From assembly GCA_012517235.1 (NCBI GenBank), contig JAAYVI010000037.1, forward strand, positions 15,411 through 79,410: a stretch of DNA of 64,000 nucleotides. Reading direction: 5' to 3'. The notes below the pieces were generated by a model that saw only the letters and a list, made by a program, of their open reading frames with translations, did not search any database and was not told the DNA's origin. Source of the stretch: Elusimicrobiota bacterium. GTDB lineage: Bacteria > Elusimicrobiota > Elusimicrobia > Elusimicrobiales > UBA9959. This document shows, one piece after another, positions 19,262 through 26,986 of this stretch (its first letter is position 1; every line of letters begins with the position of its first letter). The translations under genes and the position numbers were made by a program.

Positions 19262-20410
19262 TTATTCAAGTTCGTGACTATGAGGGCCTATGCCGAAAGA
19301 AAGTTGAAACCATCCCTCGCTTATATTTTTACCGTTTATGTTTCTATGTTTACCGGTAATTCTCCAATAAGAAGTTTCCGTAAGATGTCTTGTGATTATT
19401 GCGGAAAAGGATCTTTCGTAAGATATTTGAGGCCAGGCATTTTCCGAATAATCAAGTCTTACTCCGTAATCCCAATATTTATCGGCTCTATAATTTAAAA
19501 AGGAATAAAAGCCGTCTCTATTAAGCGTTCCTACGGGGATATCTCTTTTTAAACGCATCCACTCGTTTTGAAAAGTCCATTTTTTATAGCTATCGGGAAA
19601 CCACTTAAAGGTAATATCCGCTCCTATCATTTCGACATTATCTTTATGTTCTTGATAATGAGCTCCCCTGCCTTTAAGTCCGCTGAGACCTATTTCAATT
19701 TCTTTTTGACCGTTCATATCAAATGATGAATTCCATCTGGCGGTATAAACTTTATCGGAAGGAGAGAAAGAAGAATCGTCGTGAAGGAGAGAATTAACGG
19801 TTATAGTCGAACCGGTTATATCGAGAACGCTCGCTTCTTCTTGAGCGTGGCTATGAGCGTTTATATCCCAAAAACCGGCTTGAATTTGACTATAAAAAGG
19901 AAAAATGGGAATAAGATATTTTAATACCGCTCCCTGTCCGGCTAACTCGTGTTCGCCGAAAAATTTTTCAAGCATAAGAGGCTTATCGGTAGTAGGTAGA
20001 TGATGAGTGTGAAGCTTGTTGACTTTGCCAAAGTCAATGTGTATTTTGCCGGCCTCGGCGGAAAAGCCGTAACCCAGATTTAGAAAACTCGCTTTCGCCT
20101 CGCAAATTTCGCTTTCATAATCCCCGTCATGTTTATGTATGGCGGTAATTATATCGGCCCTCATTTCGGGGTAAATATAACCTTGAAATGCTATCTCCAC
20201 TTCGTTAATGGAAAGCTGATTTTTGTCTGCATCTTTGGAATCGTCGCTTATATATCCGACGATATTGCCTAAAGCGCTTATATCGGGAAGATTTAATGTC
20301 TTTCCTCTCATCCCCTGTAAAGGCGTGCCTTCGCTTAAAACCGGATTTTCTTGCGCTTTTAGATTGTAAAAAAACATATTAAATATCAAAAGAAAAAGTA
20401 TTTTTTTCAT
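19262..20410 (-). CDS. Secreted, probably outer-membrane beta-barrel protein with His-rich motifs
   Basis: Signal peptide (FFYNLKAQ). Alternating-hydrophobicity segments and His clusters (KLHTHHLP, NAHSHAQEE, GPHSHELE). First gene of the znuA-znuB string. AAGGAG RBS. Confidence 0.45.
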   Translation of the reverse strand: MKKILFLLIFNMFFYNLKAQENPVLSEGTPLQGMRGKTLNLPDISALGNIVGYISDDSKDADKNQLSINEVEIAFQGYIYPEMRADIITAIHKHDGDYESEICEAKASFLNLGYGFSAEAGKIHIDFGKVNKLHTHHLPTTDKPLMLEKFFGEHELAGQGAVLKYLIPIFPFYSQIQAGFWDINAHSHAQEEASVLDITGSTITVNSLLHDDSSFSPSDKVYTARWNSSFDMNGQKEIEIGLSGLKGRGAHYQEHKDNVEMIGADITFKWFPDSYKKWTFQNEWMRLKRDIPVGTLNRDGFYSFLNYRADKYWDYGVRLDYSENAWPQISYERSFSAIITRHLTETSYWRITGKHRNINGKNISEGWFQLSFGIGPHSHELE

Positions 20411-20436
20411 GTTTAACTCCTTAATATTAAACTATC

Positions 20437-20456
20437 AAAACGCCTTTTATTAGGCG
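20437..20456 (-). terminator. Weak intrinsic terminator-like hairpin
   Basis: Minus strand reads CGCCT-AATAAA-AGGCG followed by TTTT. It lies between the 97-aa ORF and the His-rich OMP gene. Confidence 0.35.
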
Positions 20457-20481
20457 AGCAATAAAAATTTTATTTGGGATT

Positions 20482-20775
20482 TTAAGAAAAAAAAGGAGGA
20501 GCTCTGGAGAAAGAAAAAATAAAAAAATATTTTATAATAGGCTTATCAGAAAATGATTCGCGCGTCGATATTATTTTTTCCGGTTTCAAAATAAGGTTAG
20601 TACCGCAGTCGCAATTGAGCTGCGGAGACATGACACAAGAGCATAAATGGCATTTACCTTCTTTATATTCGTGATTTTTTTCATTTATATGGAAAGCCCA
20701 AACGAACGCAATAAACATAGAAAGCAAGAAATTGGCAAAAGGCAAAAAAAGATTTTTTCTATTAATAAAAATCAT
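20482..20775 (-). CDS. Small membrane-anchored Cys-rich hypothetical protein
   Basis: 97 aa with one TM (FLLSMFIAFVWAF), then KEGKCHLCSCVMSPQLNCDCG. The start overlaps the thioesterase stop. No family recognised. Confidence 0.35.
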   Translation of the reverse strand: MIFINRKNLFLPFANFLLSMFIAFVWAFHINEKNHEYKEGKCHLCSCVMSPQLNCDCGTNLILKPEKIISTRESFSDKPIIKYFFIFSFSRAPPFFS

Positions 20776-21221
20776 AGAGGTTCGTCTTTTTTAAGCAAAT
20801 CGCTTTCCATAAATTTAGCGGTTGACTCGGCCACCATTTTGCCATCTTGAATAATAGAAGAGCTTAATATATGAAGCGGATTCCACGATTTTTCTATTTT
20901 GGCATTTATCGACATCTTTCTTCCGCATCGCATAGGTTTTAAGTACTTAACGGAAAGCTCGGCGGTAAAAGCGGCTATTCCGTGATAAAAAAGACAATTT
21001 GTCATGGCGCTATCCATAAGAGCGGCGGCTACGCCTCCCTGCAGAAAACCCTTGTAGCCTTCGTAAGCAAATTTAGGCATGAACTCGGCTTCGACTGCGC
21101 CCGATTCGGTAAGCCGGAAATAAACTTTCAGGCCTAACGGATTTTTTTCGCCGCATACTATACAAGTGTCGTGGCAAGCATGCAGGCGGGAATGATTTTT
21201 CAGGTATTTATTTTCTTTCAT
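20772..21221 (-). CDS. PaaI/hotdog-fold thioesterase with N-terminal Cys4-type motif
   Basis: LQGGVAAALMDSAM hotdog motif. The N-terminus is CHDTCIVCG. ATG 21221 sits 1 nt after the pdaD stop; the track start is a TTG inside pdaD. Confidence 0.65.
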   Translation of the reverse strand: MKENKYLKNHSRLHACHDTCIVCGEKNPLGLKVYFRLTESGAVEAEFMPKFAYEGYKGFLQGGVAAALMDSAMTNCLFYHGIAAFTAELSVKYLKPMRCGRKMSINAKIEKSWNPLHILSSSIIQDGKMVAESTAKFMESDLLKKDEPL

Positions 21222-21222
21222 T

Positions 21223-21771
21223 TCATTCGGCAAAAACCGCAGCCGCAACTACGGTTGTCCATACTCCTTCCTTGCCTATGGCCGACTGTGTCATATTCAT
21301 GGTTTTTACTATCTTCCCGCTCATTTCCCACTGTTTTTCTTTTTCATCCCAAGATGTTTCGCTTGCAAACTCTATTCCCAAAGTAGTAGAAAGCATCAGC
21401 GCCGCCAAATCTTCGGCATATTCCCCGGCGGCAAAATCTGTTTCTCCGTAGCTATGATGTTCGGAAATATATCCGTGATTGGCCTTATCCTTGGGTATAG
21501 CCAGACCTATTGAGGCGGTGACCAGACGATGATTTTCCTTAACCGCATTTCGCGCCAGAACGGCATGAACTATCTGCCCGCTTTTCATTTTCGCCAATCC
21601 CTGTTCGGGTCTTATGAGTTTGCATCCGGGAGGGAAAATGCTTGATACGTGCACGAGGTTAAATCTCGCTATTTTTGCGTCTCTTAGCGCTTCTTCAAAG
21701 CTTGCCAGTTTTTCTTTATGTCTGCCAACCCCTTTAGTTAAGAATATTTTTTTTGCCACAAATGAGTCCAT
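21223..21771 (-). CDS. pdaD: Pyruvoyl-dependent arginine decarboxylase
   Basis: 182 aa. [12 protein letters not shown] contains the Ser-Ser self-cleavage site typical of PdaD. GGGAGGA RBS. Confidence 0.85.
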   Translation of the reverse strand: MDSFVAKKIFLTKGVGRHKEKLASFEEALRDAKIARFNLVHVSSIFPPGCKLIRPEQGLAKMKSGQIVHAVLARNAVKENHRLVTASIGLAIPKDKANHGYISEHHSYGETDFAAGEYAEDLAALMLSTTLGIEFASETSWDEKEKQWEMSGKIVKTMNMTQSAIGKEGVWTTVVAAAVFAE

Positions 21772-21836
21772 TTATCCTCCCGTTTCGAATTATTATACCA
21801 AAAAGCGATATTTTTCCATCTGTTTTATTGTCTGCC

Positions 21837-22208
21837 TTATTTTTGCGAAATCATCCATTTGCTGATCGCCGAATAAAAAGAAGAGCAAGCCAAGATAGGG
21901 CAATGCTCATGTTCAAAAGGCAATCTTCCTAAAGTCTTGGTTATAAGCCCGGGCGAGACAAAAAGCGCCTCGTCTATTTTTTTCCCATCCGCGTAAAAAC
22001 AAACCAGTGCCCCGCAAGCCGAAGTCCAGCCGCAGCCTGAAGTATGGTATTTTATGCAAGAAATGGCATTGTCGCTAAATTTAAGATAAAATTCCATTTC
22101 GTCTCCGCAAGGCCCCTTGAAATAAGAAGCCGCGTCGGCATTTTCCATTTTTCCCGAATATTTTTCAATTATCTCTTCTATTATCACAATATTTTTATCT
22201 TTGTTCAT
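21837..22208 (-). CDS. IscU/NifU N-terminal-domain-like Fe-S scaffold protein
   Basis: Three scaffold Cys in the canonical contexts: GPCGDEM, SGCGWTSAC and EHCPILA. Confidence 0.8.
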   Translation of the reverse strand: MNKDKNIVIIEEIIEKYSGKMENADAASYFKGPCGDEMEFYLKFSDNAISCIKYHTSGCGWTSACGALVCFYADGKKIDEALFVSPGLITKTLGRLPFEHEHCPILACSSFYSAISKWMISQK

Positions 22209-23082
22209 CGGTTTCCCCGATAAAAATAATTTCTCTGACCTTATCCCATATTTTTCTTATTTCCTCTGCCGCGGCAGAAGAGCCGTATTTAACCAGAGGA
22301 CGCATATTTTCTATGGCTTTCTCAACACTTTTGTCAAAAGGAATTCTGCCAAGCACTTTTATTTTATTTGAATTACAATAATTTTCTATCTCTTGGCAAT
22401 TATCCGCATTTATGTCCCATTTATTAATAACCGCCGCGCATGGAATTTTAAAAGATGACGCGGTTTCAAAAACTCTTTTCATATCGTGTATACCGGAAAG
22501 CGTAGGCTCCGTTATTATAACGGCCAGATCCGCTGAGGATAGAGAAGCCATAAGCGGACAGCCCGTCCCAGGCGGGCCGTCGACTATTATAAGTCTTTTT
22601 TTTTCTTTGACTGCGGTTTCAACGGCCTCTTTCTTTACCCTGCTTACCAGCTTTCCTGAATTTTCCGACCCCGGCTCAAGTCGCGCATGAATCAAATGCC
22701 CGTAAACAGTTTTTGAAAAAAACCATTTTCCCGAAATCCTCTCTTTCATTTCTACGGCTGAGACCGGACATACTTTGGCGCAAAACGCGCATCCTTCGCA
22801 AGAATAGATATCGACATTAAAAGTTTCATTTATCGCCTCAAAACGGCATATTTCCCTGCACTTGCCGCAAGAAATACATAAAGAAGGATTTATAAAAGCT
22901 GTCTTGCCCGAGTAAAAATCATGTGAAGCGATAATTTCCGGCTCTAAAAGTATATGCATATCTGCGGCGTCCACATCGCAGTCTACCGCGACACAATCTC
23001 CGCCGGCCAAGGAAAAGAAAGAAGCCGCAAGAGTTGTTTTTCCCGTACCGCCTTTGCCGCTTATTATCACTAATTGTTTCAT
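22195..23082 (-). CDS. MinD/ParA-superfamily P-loop ATPase with inserted 2x[4Fe-4S] ferredoxin domain (copy 1)
   Basis: Walker A SGKGGTGKTT. The insert is CISCGKCREIC ... CEGCAFCAKVCP. Walker B-like IIVDGPPGTGCP. ATG 23082 is preferred over the track TTG. Confidence 0.85.
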   Translation of the reverse strand: MKQLVIISGKGGTGKTTLAASFFSLAGGDCVAVDCDVDAADMHILLEPEIIASHDFYSGKTAFINPSLCISCGKCREICRFEAINETFNVDIYSCEGCAFCAKVCPVSAVEMKERISGKWFFSKTVYGHLIHARLEPGSENSGKLVSRVKKEAVETAVKEKKRLIIVDGPPGTGCPLMASLSSADLAVIITEPTLSGIHDMKRVFETASSFKIPCAAVINKWDINADNCQEIENYCNSNKIKVLGRIPFDKSVEKAIENMRPLVKYGSSAAAEEIRKIWDKVREIIFIGETDEQR

Positions 23083-23127
23083 ATTTTTATCTTGCCTAGA
23101 CAATATATCTTAATATTAAAAGCATGT

Positions 23128-23979
23128 TTAGCGCGTTTGCTTAATCTTTGCCAAACTAATAATTTTTTCATAAATCTTATCAAAAATACCGGCATATCCT
23201 TTAATTTTAATCGCCATTTCACCTCTGGAATAAAGAACCGCTATATCGCGGTCAAAAGGTATTTTGCCGATAACGCTCATTCCTTTTTTTTCAAGCCTTG
23301 ACGCAAAACTTTCATGGCCTTCCCATCTGTTTATGACAACGCCGAAGGGAATTTGCATCTTTCTAACAGCTTCTGCTGCTATTTCCAAATCGTTCATTCC
23401 AAATTCCGTAGGCTCTGTCACTAGAACGCAAAAGTCCGAGCCTTTAACTGCCGCAATCATAGGACAAGAAGCTCCCGGAGGAGAATCTACTATGGCGGTA
23501 ACTCCAGCCGGAATCCTTTTCTTTACCTCATTTATCAGAAAAGGAGTTTTTATTTCCCCGCTATCGAGTCGTCCTCCTATATATCCTACATTGCCGGAAA
23601 AGCCGGATTCTATGATACCTATCCTTTTTGGAATTTCTCTTATGGCTTTTTTTTCACAAACCCATGCGCAAGCCCCGCAATTATGGCAAAGATGAGGAAG
23701 AATGAATACTCCCCCTTCCACATTCTTGAAAACATTAATGGCTTTATACTCGCACACCGAAGAACAAAGCCCGCATAAGTTGCAAAGATTTTTGTCTACC
23801 GAAGGTAAAAGCGTTGAAATTTCTTCTTTCAAGGAAATATCGGGTTTAAGAAAAATATCCGCATTGGGCTCTTCCACGTCGCAATCGAGCAAAAACGATT
23901 TTTCAATGGAAAGAGCCATATTCACGGCTACGGTAGTTTTTCCCGTACCGCCTTTGCCGCTGGCGACGGAAATTATCAA
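23128..23979 (-). CDS. MinD/ParA-superfamily P-loop ATPase with inserted 2x[4Fe-4S] ferredoxin domain (copy 2)
   Basis: Walker A SGKGGTGKTT. The insert is CNLCGLCSSVC ... CHNCGACAWVC, followed by IVDSPPGASCP. The TTG start has GGGAGGA 4 nt upstream and forms a TTGA overlap with the upstream stop. Confidence 0.85.
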   Translation of the reverse strand: MIISVASGKGGTGKTTVAVNMALSIEKSFLLDCDVEEPNADIFLKPDISLKEEISTLLPSVDKNLCNLCGLCSSVCEYKAINVFKNVEGGVFILPHLCHNCGACAWVCEKKAIREIPKRIGIIESGFSGNVGYIGGRLDSGEIKTPFLINEVKKRIPAGVTAIVDSPPGASCPMIAAVKGSDFCVLVTEPTEFGMNDLEIAAEAVRKMQIPFGVVINRWEGHESFASRLEKKGMSVIGKIPFDRDIAVLYSRGEMAIKIKGYAGIFDKIYEKIISLAKIKQTR

Positions 23980-24710
23980 GAAATCCTCCCTATTGCCACC
24001 GCTTTTTTTCCGCGAAGCAAGCGAAAACTTTTACCTTCCGAAAGATCGCTAAGAAGCAGAGAAGGATCGCATACAAAAGTGCCGCAGACGCAATCGACAT
24101 AGTTCAGAAGAGAAGGATGCATCGGAGCCGAAGGGCCAAGAAGAACCTTAAAAGAATCGCGACGACAAGATGAAATTATTTTTTCAAATGTGCCGTTCAT
24201 AAGCGTAAGCGCGGTTAAAGCTATCACATCAACTTCTCCGAGAAATTTTTCCATTTCTTGGGCGGTTATGTCTTTTTCGCTTTTCGGGGAAAGCTCCGAT
24301 ACTTTAAGCACGCTTGCTATTTCATACAAACGCGTTACGAAAGGAAAATGCCCGATGACAGCCACTTTTTTCCCGGCTCCTCGAGTTTCTATTATTTCCT
24401 GCGCATTTATCTCCAAAAAATTAACTTCGGGAAGACAGGAGTTAAGGCAGGCAAAAGCCAAAGAGATCTCCGGTCCCGTGCCTGAAACAAGTTCAGTCGC
24501 GATATTAAGAGTATTTTCTCCTTTAAGCTTAAGACCCGCACGCAAACCGCCAGAACAAACCCCTTCTTTTAGGGTACTGGCCAAACCGCAGTATTTTTTA
24601 CCTTTAGGAGAAACAGAAACCACCCCTGTGGTAAAAAATCCTACGCTTGCCTGCTCTATTGTAAAATCTTTCCCGGCTTGGGAAAAAATCTCATCGAGAA
24701 GCGCTATCAT
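23976..24710 (-). CDS. DUF364 (putative metal-chelation Rossmann-like) domain protein
   Basis: 244 aa. The central KKVAVIGHFPF and the overall layout resemble the DUF4213/DUF364 family. Assigned from memory. Confidence 0.55.
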   Translation of the reverse strand: MIALLDEIFSQAGKDFTIEQASVGFFTTGVVSVSPKGKKYCGLASTLKEGVCSGGLRAGLKLKGENTLNIATELVSGTGPEISLAFACLNSCLPEVNFLEINAQEIIETRGAGKKVAVIGHFPFVTRLYEIASVLKVSELSPKSEKDITAQEMEKFLGEVDVIALTALTLMNGTFEKIISSCRRDSFKVLLGPSAPMHPSLLNYVDCVCGTFVCDPSLLLSDLSEGKSFRLLRGKKAVAIGRIS

Positions 24711-25033
24711 TCTGGATTTTTCCCAAAATCGGACAAAACCTGTTCTACGGTTTTAGAGGAAGAAAAACCCGTAACGGCTTTTATTTTCGCGGCTTCAAGA
24801 GCAGATGAAGCATTGCCGCCTATATGACCGGCAAGAAGAATTTGGACGCCAAAAGACGACAACTGTCTGACGGCTTCTGGCCCCGCGCCGCTATCGAGTA
24901 AAACAGCCGAATTTTTAACCGCCTTGAAAGATGAAGAAGAAGTGTCGTATATTATGAAATACGGCGCCCTTCCGAATTTTTCGCAGAAAGCGCTATCTAA
25001 AGTTTCTCCCATTGAAGTAGCGGCTATTATCAT
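24707..25033 (-). CDS. NifX/NifB-C-terminal-like (dinitrogenase FeMo-cofactor-binding fold) protein, copy 1
   Basis: MIIAATSMGETLDSAFCEKFGRAPYFIIYD matches the family N-terminus (HFG.ap.F.iyd). ATG 25033 is preceded by GGAGAA; the track start is a TTG. Confidence 0.75.
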   Translation of the reverse strand: MIIAATSMGETLDSAFCEKFGRAPYFIIYDTSSSSFKAVKNSAVLLDSGAGPEAVRQLSSFGVQILLAGHIGGNASSALEAAKIKAVTGFSSSKTVEQVLSDFGKNPE

Positions 25034-25047
25034 ATTTCTCCAAAAGA

Positions 25048-25431
25048 TCAGTGCTGGCAAGAGCCGTGATGATCGTGGTCTTTACACGGATCTATATTTC
25101 CAAGGGAACTTTCCAGAAATTCCTTTACCGCAGCCGAAGCCTTACCGCAGTAAGTAAAAACCGGCACATTGGCCGCCGCAAATTTATTTATGGCATTGGG
25201 GCCCATGCCGCCAGCTACGACATGCGAAACCCGATACTTCAGTATTTCACTGACAGCCTGGCAACCTCCGCCACCGTGCTGGGCAGTATTGGCTACGACT
25301 TGCGAAGATTTTATTTTTTCGTTTTCTATGTCCACAATCAAAAAATAGCCGCATTGACCGAAATGCGCTGACACTTCGCTATCCATACCTCTATCATCCG
25401 TCAAAGTGACAGCCAATCTTATTTTTTTCAT
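25048..25431 (-). CDS. NifX/NifB-C-terminal-like protein, copy 2, with His/Cys-rich tail
   Basis: SAHFGQCGYFLIVD, SHVVAGGMGPNA and a C-terminal CKDHDHHGSCQH. GGAGAA RBS. Confidence 0.75.
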   Translation of the reverse strand: MKKIRLAVTLTDDRGMDSEVSAHFGQCGYFLIVDIENEKIKSSQVVANTAQHGGGGCQAVSEILKYRVSHVVAGGMGPNAINKFAAANVPVFTYCGKASAAVKEFLESSLGNIDPCKDHDHHGSCQH

Positions 25432-25664
25432 TTTTTCTCCATGTCTTCAAGTTTGGAATTTATGTTTTTCAGCTCTTCCTCAAGAATTTTCTTTTCTTCT
25501 TTAAGAGAAGAGACATCCTCTTGCAAATAATTAACGCCATATCCGCGCCTTAAACCTCTCCGAGCCGCAAAACCGCCTCTTCCGGCGCCGCGCCCGCAAG
25601 GACCTCTTTTCCAACCTGTCGCAGGCCCAAAACCGGATGGCCCCGTTCCGTCTCTGTATGGCAT
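25428..25664 (-). CDS. DUF5320-like small protein (Gly/Arg-rich N-terminus, coiled-coil C-terminus)
   Basis: MPYRDGTGPSGFGPATGWKRGPCGRGAGRGG..., then LKEEKKILEEELKNINSKLEDMEKK. AGGAGGA RBS. Confidence 0.65.
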   Translation of the reverse strand: MPYRDGTGPSGFGPATGWKRGPCGRGAGRGGFAARRGLRRGYGVNYLQEDVSSLKEEKKILEEELKNINSKLEDMEKK

Positions 25665-25665
25665 A

Positions 25666-25857
25666 TTATCCTCCTTTTTTCTTATTTTCAGCTTCCATTA
25701 TAAGATTATAATGATAGCTTCCTTCTCTTACCAAAACTGTTTTACATAAAGGGCAGGTTTTATTTCTGCACCTTTCACCCTGTATGTGATTTTCCCTGTA
25801 CCCGCATTTATGGCAGACACAGTATCCGCCAAAACCCATATTTCCTCTCGAGTTCAT
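25666..25857 (-). CDS. Small Cys-rich zinc-ribbon-like protein
   Basis: 63 aa: GGYCVCHKCGY...ERCRNKTCPLCK. Its stop is 1 nt from the DUF5320 start. Confidence 0.5.
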   Translation of the reverse strand: MNSRGNMGFGGYCVCHKCGYRENHIQGERCRNKTCPLCKTVLVREGSYHYNLIMEAENKKKGG

Positions 25858-26339
25858 GATAGATTTTGCTCCTTTTTATGTAAGACAACAAAAATCTCTT
25901 TTACTTCCCGCGAGACGGCTTTTACAATCTCTCTCATCTCTCCCGAGCTCAAAAGCTTCATAAGTCCGCCGTTCATCATGGCAATATATGTTTTGCCGTC
26001 TTTTTTTTCATAAACAGAAACAGCTTTGGGAGAAAAAACCGAAATTTTTTTTCTTGAATCTGCGGAAAACATCATTGAAGCAAACCCGCCATGGCAGTAA
26101 TGTATAATCGCAATTCTTCCGACAGGAGACCCTCCGTTTGCGACTATTTCGCTTCCTTGATCTATTACGCCGAAAAGATGCCAGCCTTTTTTATTTGAGA
26201 TTCTCTCTTTTATAATGTTTATGGTTTCCTCATAACCGTAAGCGCTGGGAAATTCTTTTATCATAATATTTAAAAAAGATTCCCTTAATAAAAAAGCCGC
26301 AAACAGGATAATGCAGACCGATATAAAACAAAATGTCAT
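25854..26339 (-). CDS. DUF302-domain protein with N-terminal membrane anchor
   Basis: 161 aa. N-terminal hydrophobic segment, then a DUF302-like core (WHLFGVIDQG...IHYCHGG). It overlaps both neighbours by 4 nt. Confidence 0.55.
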   Translation of the reverse strand: MTFCFISVCIILFAAFLLRESFLNIMIKEFPSAYGYEETINIIKERISNKKGWHLFGVIDQGSEIVANGGSPVGRIAIIHYCHGGFASMMFSADSRKKISVFSPKAVSVYEKKDGKTYIAMMNGGLMKLLSSGEMREIVKAVSREVKEIFVVLHKKEQNLS

Positions 26340-26845
26340 TTTACCTCCCGATTTTCTTTTTTACACTTTTCGCAAAAGCCATAAAAATGCAACGAATGTC
26401 CTTTTATAAGAAAATTATGCCGGTTTGAAAGAGTTTTTTCTATTTTATTGAAAAAATCTCTTTCTTCGTCCATAAAGTCATAGTATTCCATTATTTTTCC
26501 GCAATTGGAACAAACCAGATGATGATGGTGGCTGCCGCCTTCATGCCCGTCGGATAATTCATATTTGGCTTTTCCCTCTCCAAAATCAAATCTATTTAGC
26601 ACACCCGACGAAGACAAGGCAGATAGCGTGCGATAAACGGTAGCTATTCCAAGCCCGGGATATCGCAGTGCCAACTTGGCAAAGACCTCTTCGGCAGTAA
26701 AATGGCCTTTTTCATGGTGAAAAAAATCAACTATTGCCCGCCTTGGACCTGTAATTCTGCCGCCGCTTCTGTTAAAACAACCGCGAAGACGACCTTCGCG
26801 GCAACATGAAAAATTTAATCTTGCATTTTTTTTATTGATATTCAT
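26336..26845 (-). CDS. fur: Fur-family metalloregulator
   Basis: Winged-helix segment (ITGPRRAIVDFF...GIATVYRTL), a HHHHLVCSNCG ... FYGFCEKC structural CxxC pair and a His-rich site. ATG 26845 is preferred, because the track TTG at 26881 is the -35 hexamer. Metal specificity (Fur/Zur/Per) is not determinable by eye. Confidence 0.85.
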   Translation of the reverse strand: MNINKKNARLNFSCCREGRLRGCFNRSGGRITGPRRAIVDFFHHEKGHFTAEEVFAKLALRYPGLGIATVYRTLSALSSSGVLNRFDFGEGKAKYELSDGHEGGSHHHHLVCSNCGKIMEYYDFMDEERDFFNKIEKTLSNRHNFLIKGHSLHFYGFCEKCKKENREVK

Positions 26846-26854
26846 TATCAATAA
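26832..26854. promoter_or_regulatory. Perfect 9-5-9 inverted repeat, Fur-box-like, overlapping the fur start codon
   Basis: Minus strand reads TTATTGATA-ATGAA-TATCAATAA. It contains GATAATGA, as in the classical Fur box, and the ATG inside the spacer is the fur start. Confidence 0.6.
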
Positions 26855-26881
26855 GATATCAAAAAAAAATAAACCTGTCAA
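26853..26881 (-). promoter_or_regulatory. Candidate promoter of the fur-headed operon
   Basis: TTGACA (26881-26876), 17 nt, TATCTT (26858-26853). The -10 ends 7 nt before the ATG and there is no Shine-Dalgarno, so this is leaderless geometry. Confidence 0.5.
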
Positions 26882-26986
26882 GTATAAGATTTTTTAAAGT
26901 TAATTATTTTGTTTTAAATATCCTTTTACAATATGCTTAAAATAAAAAGATTACTCTAAAATAATCCGTATTTAACCTTTTAATTA

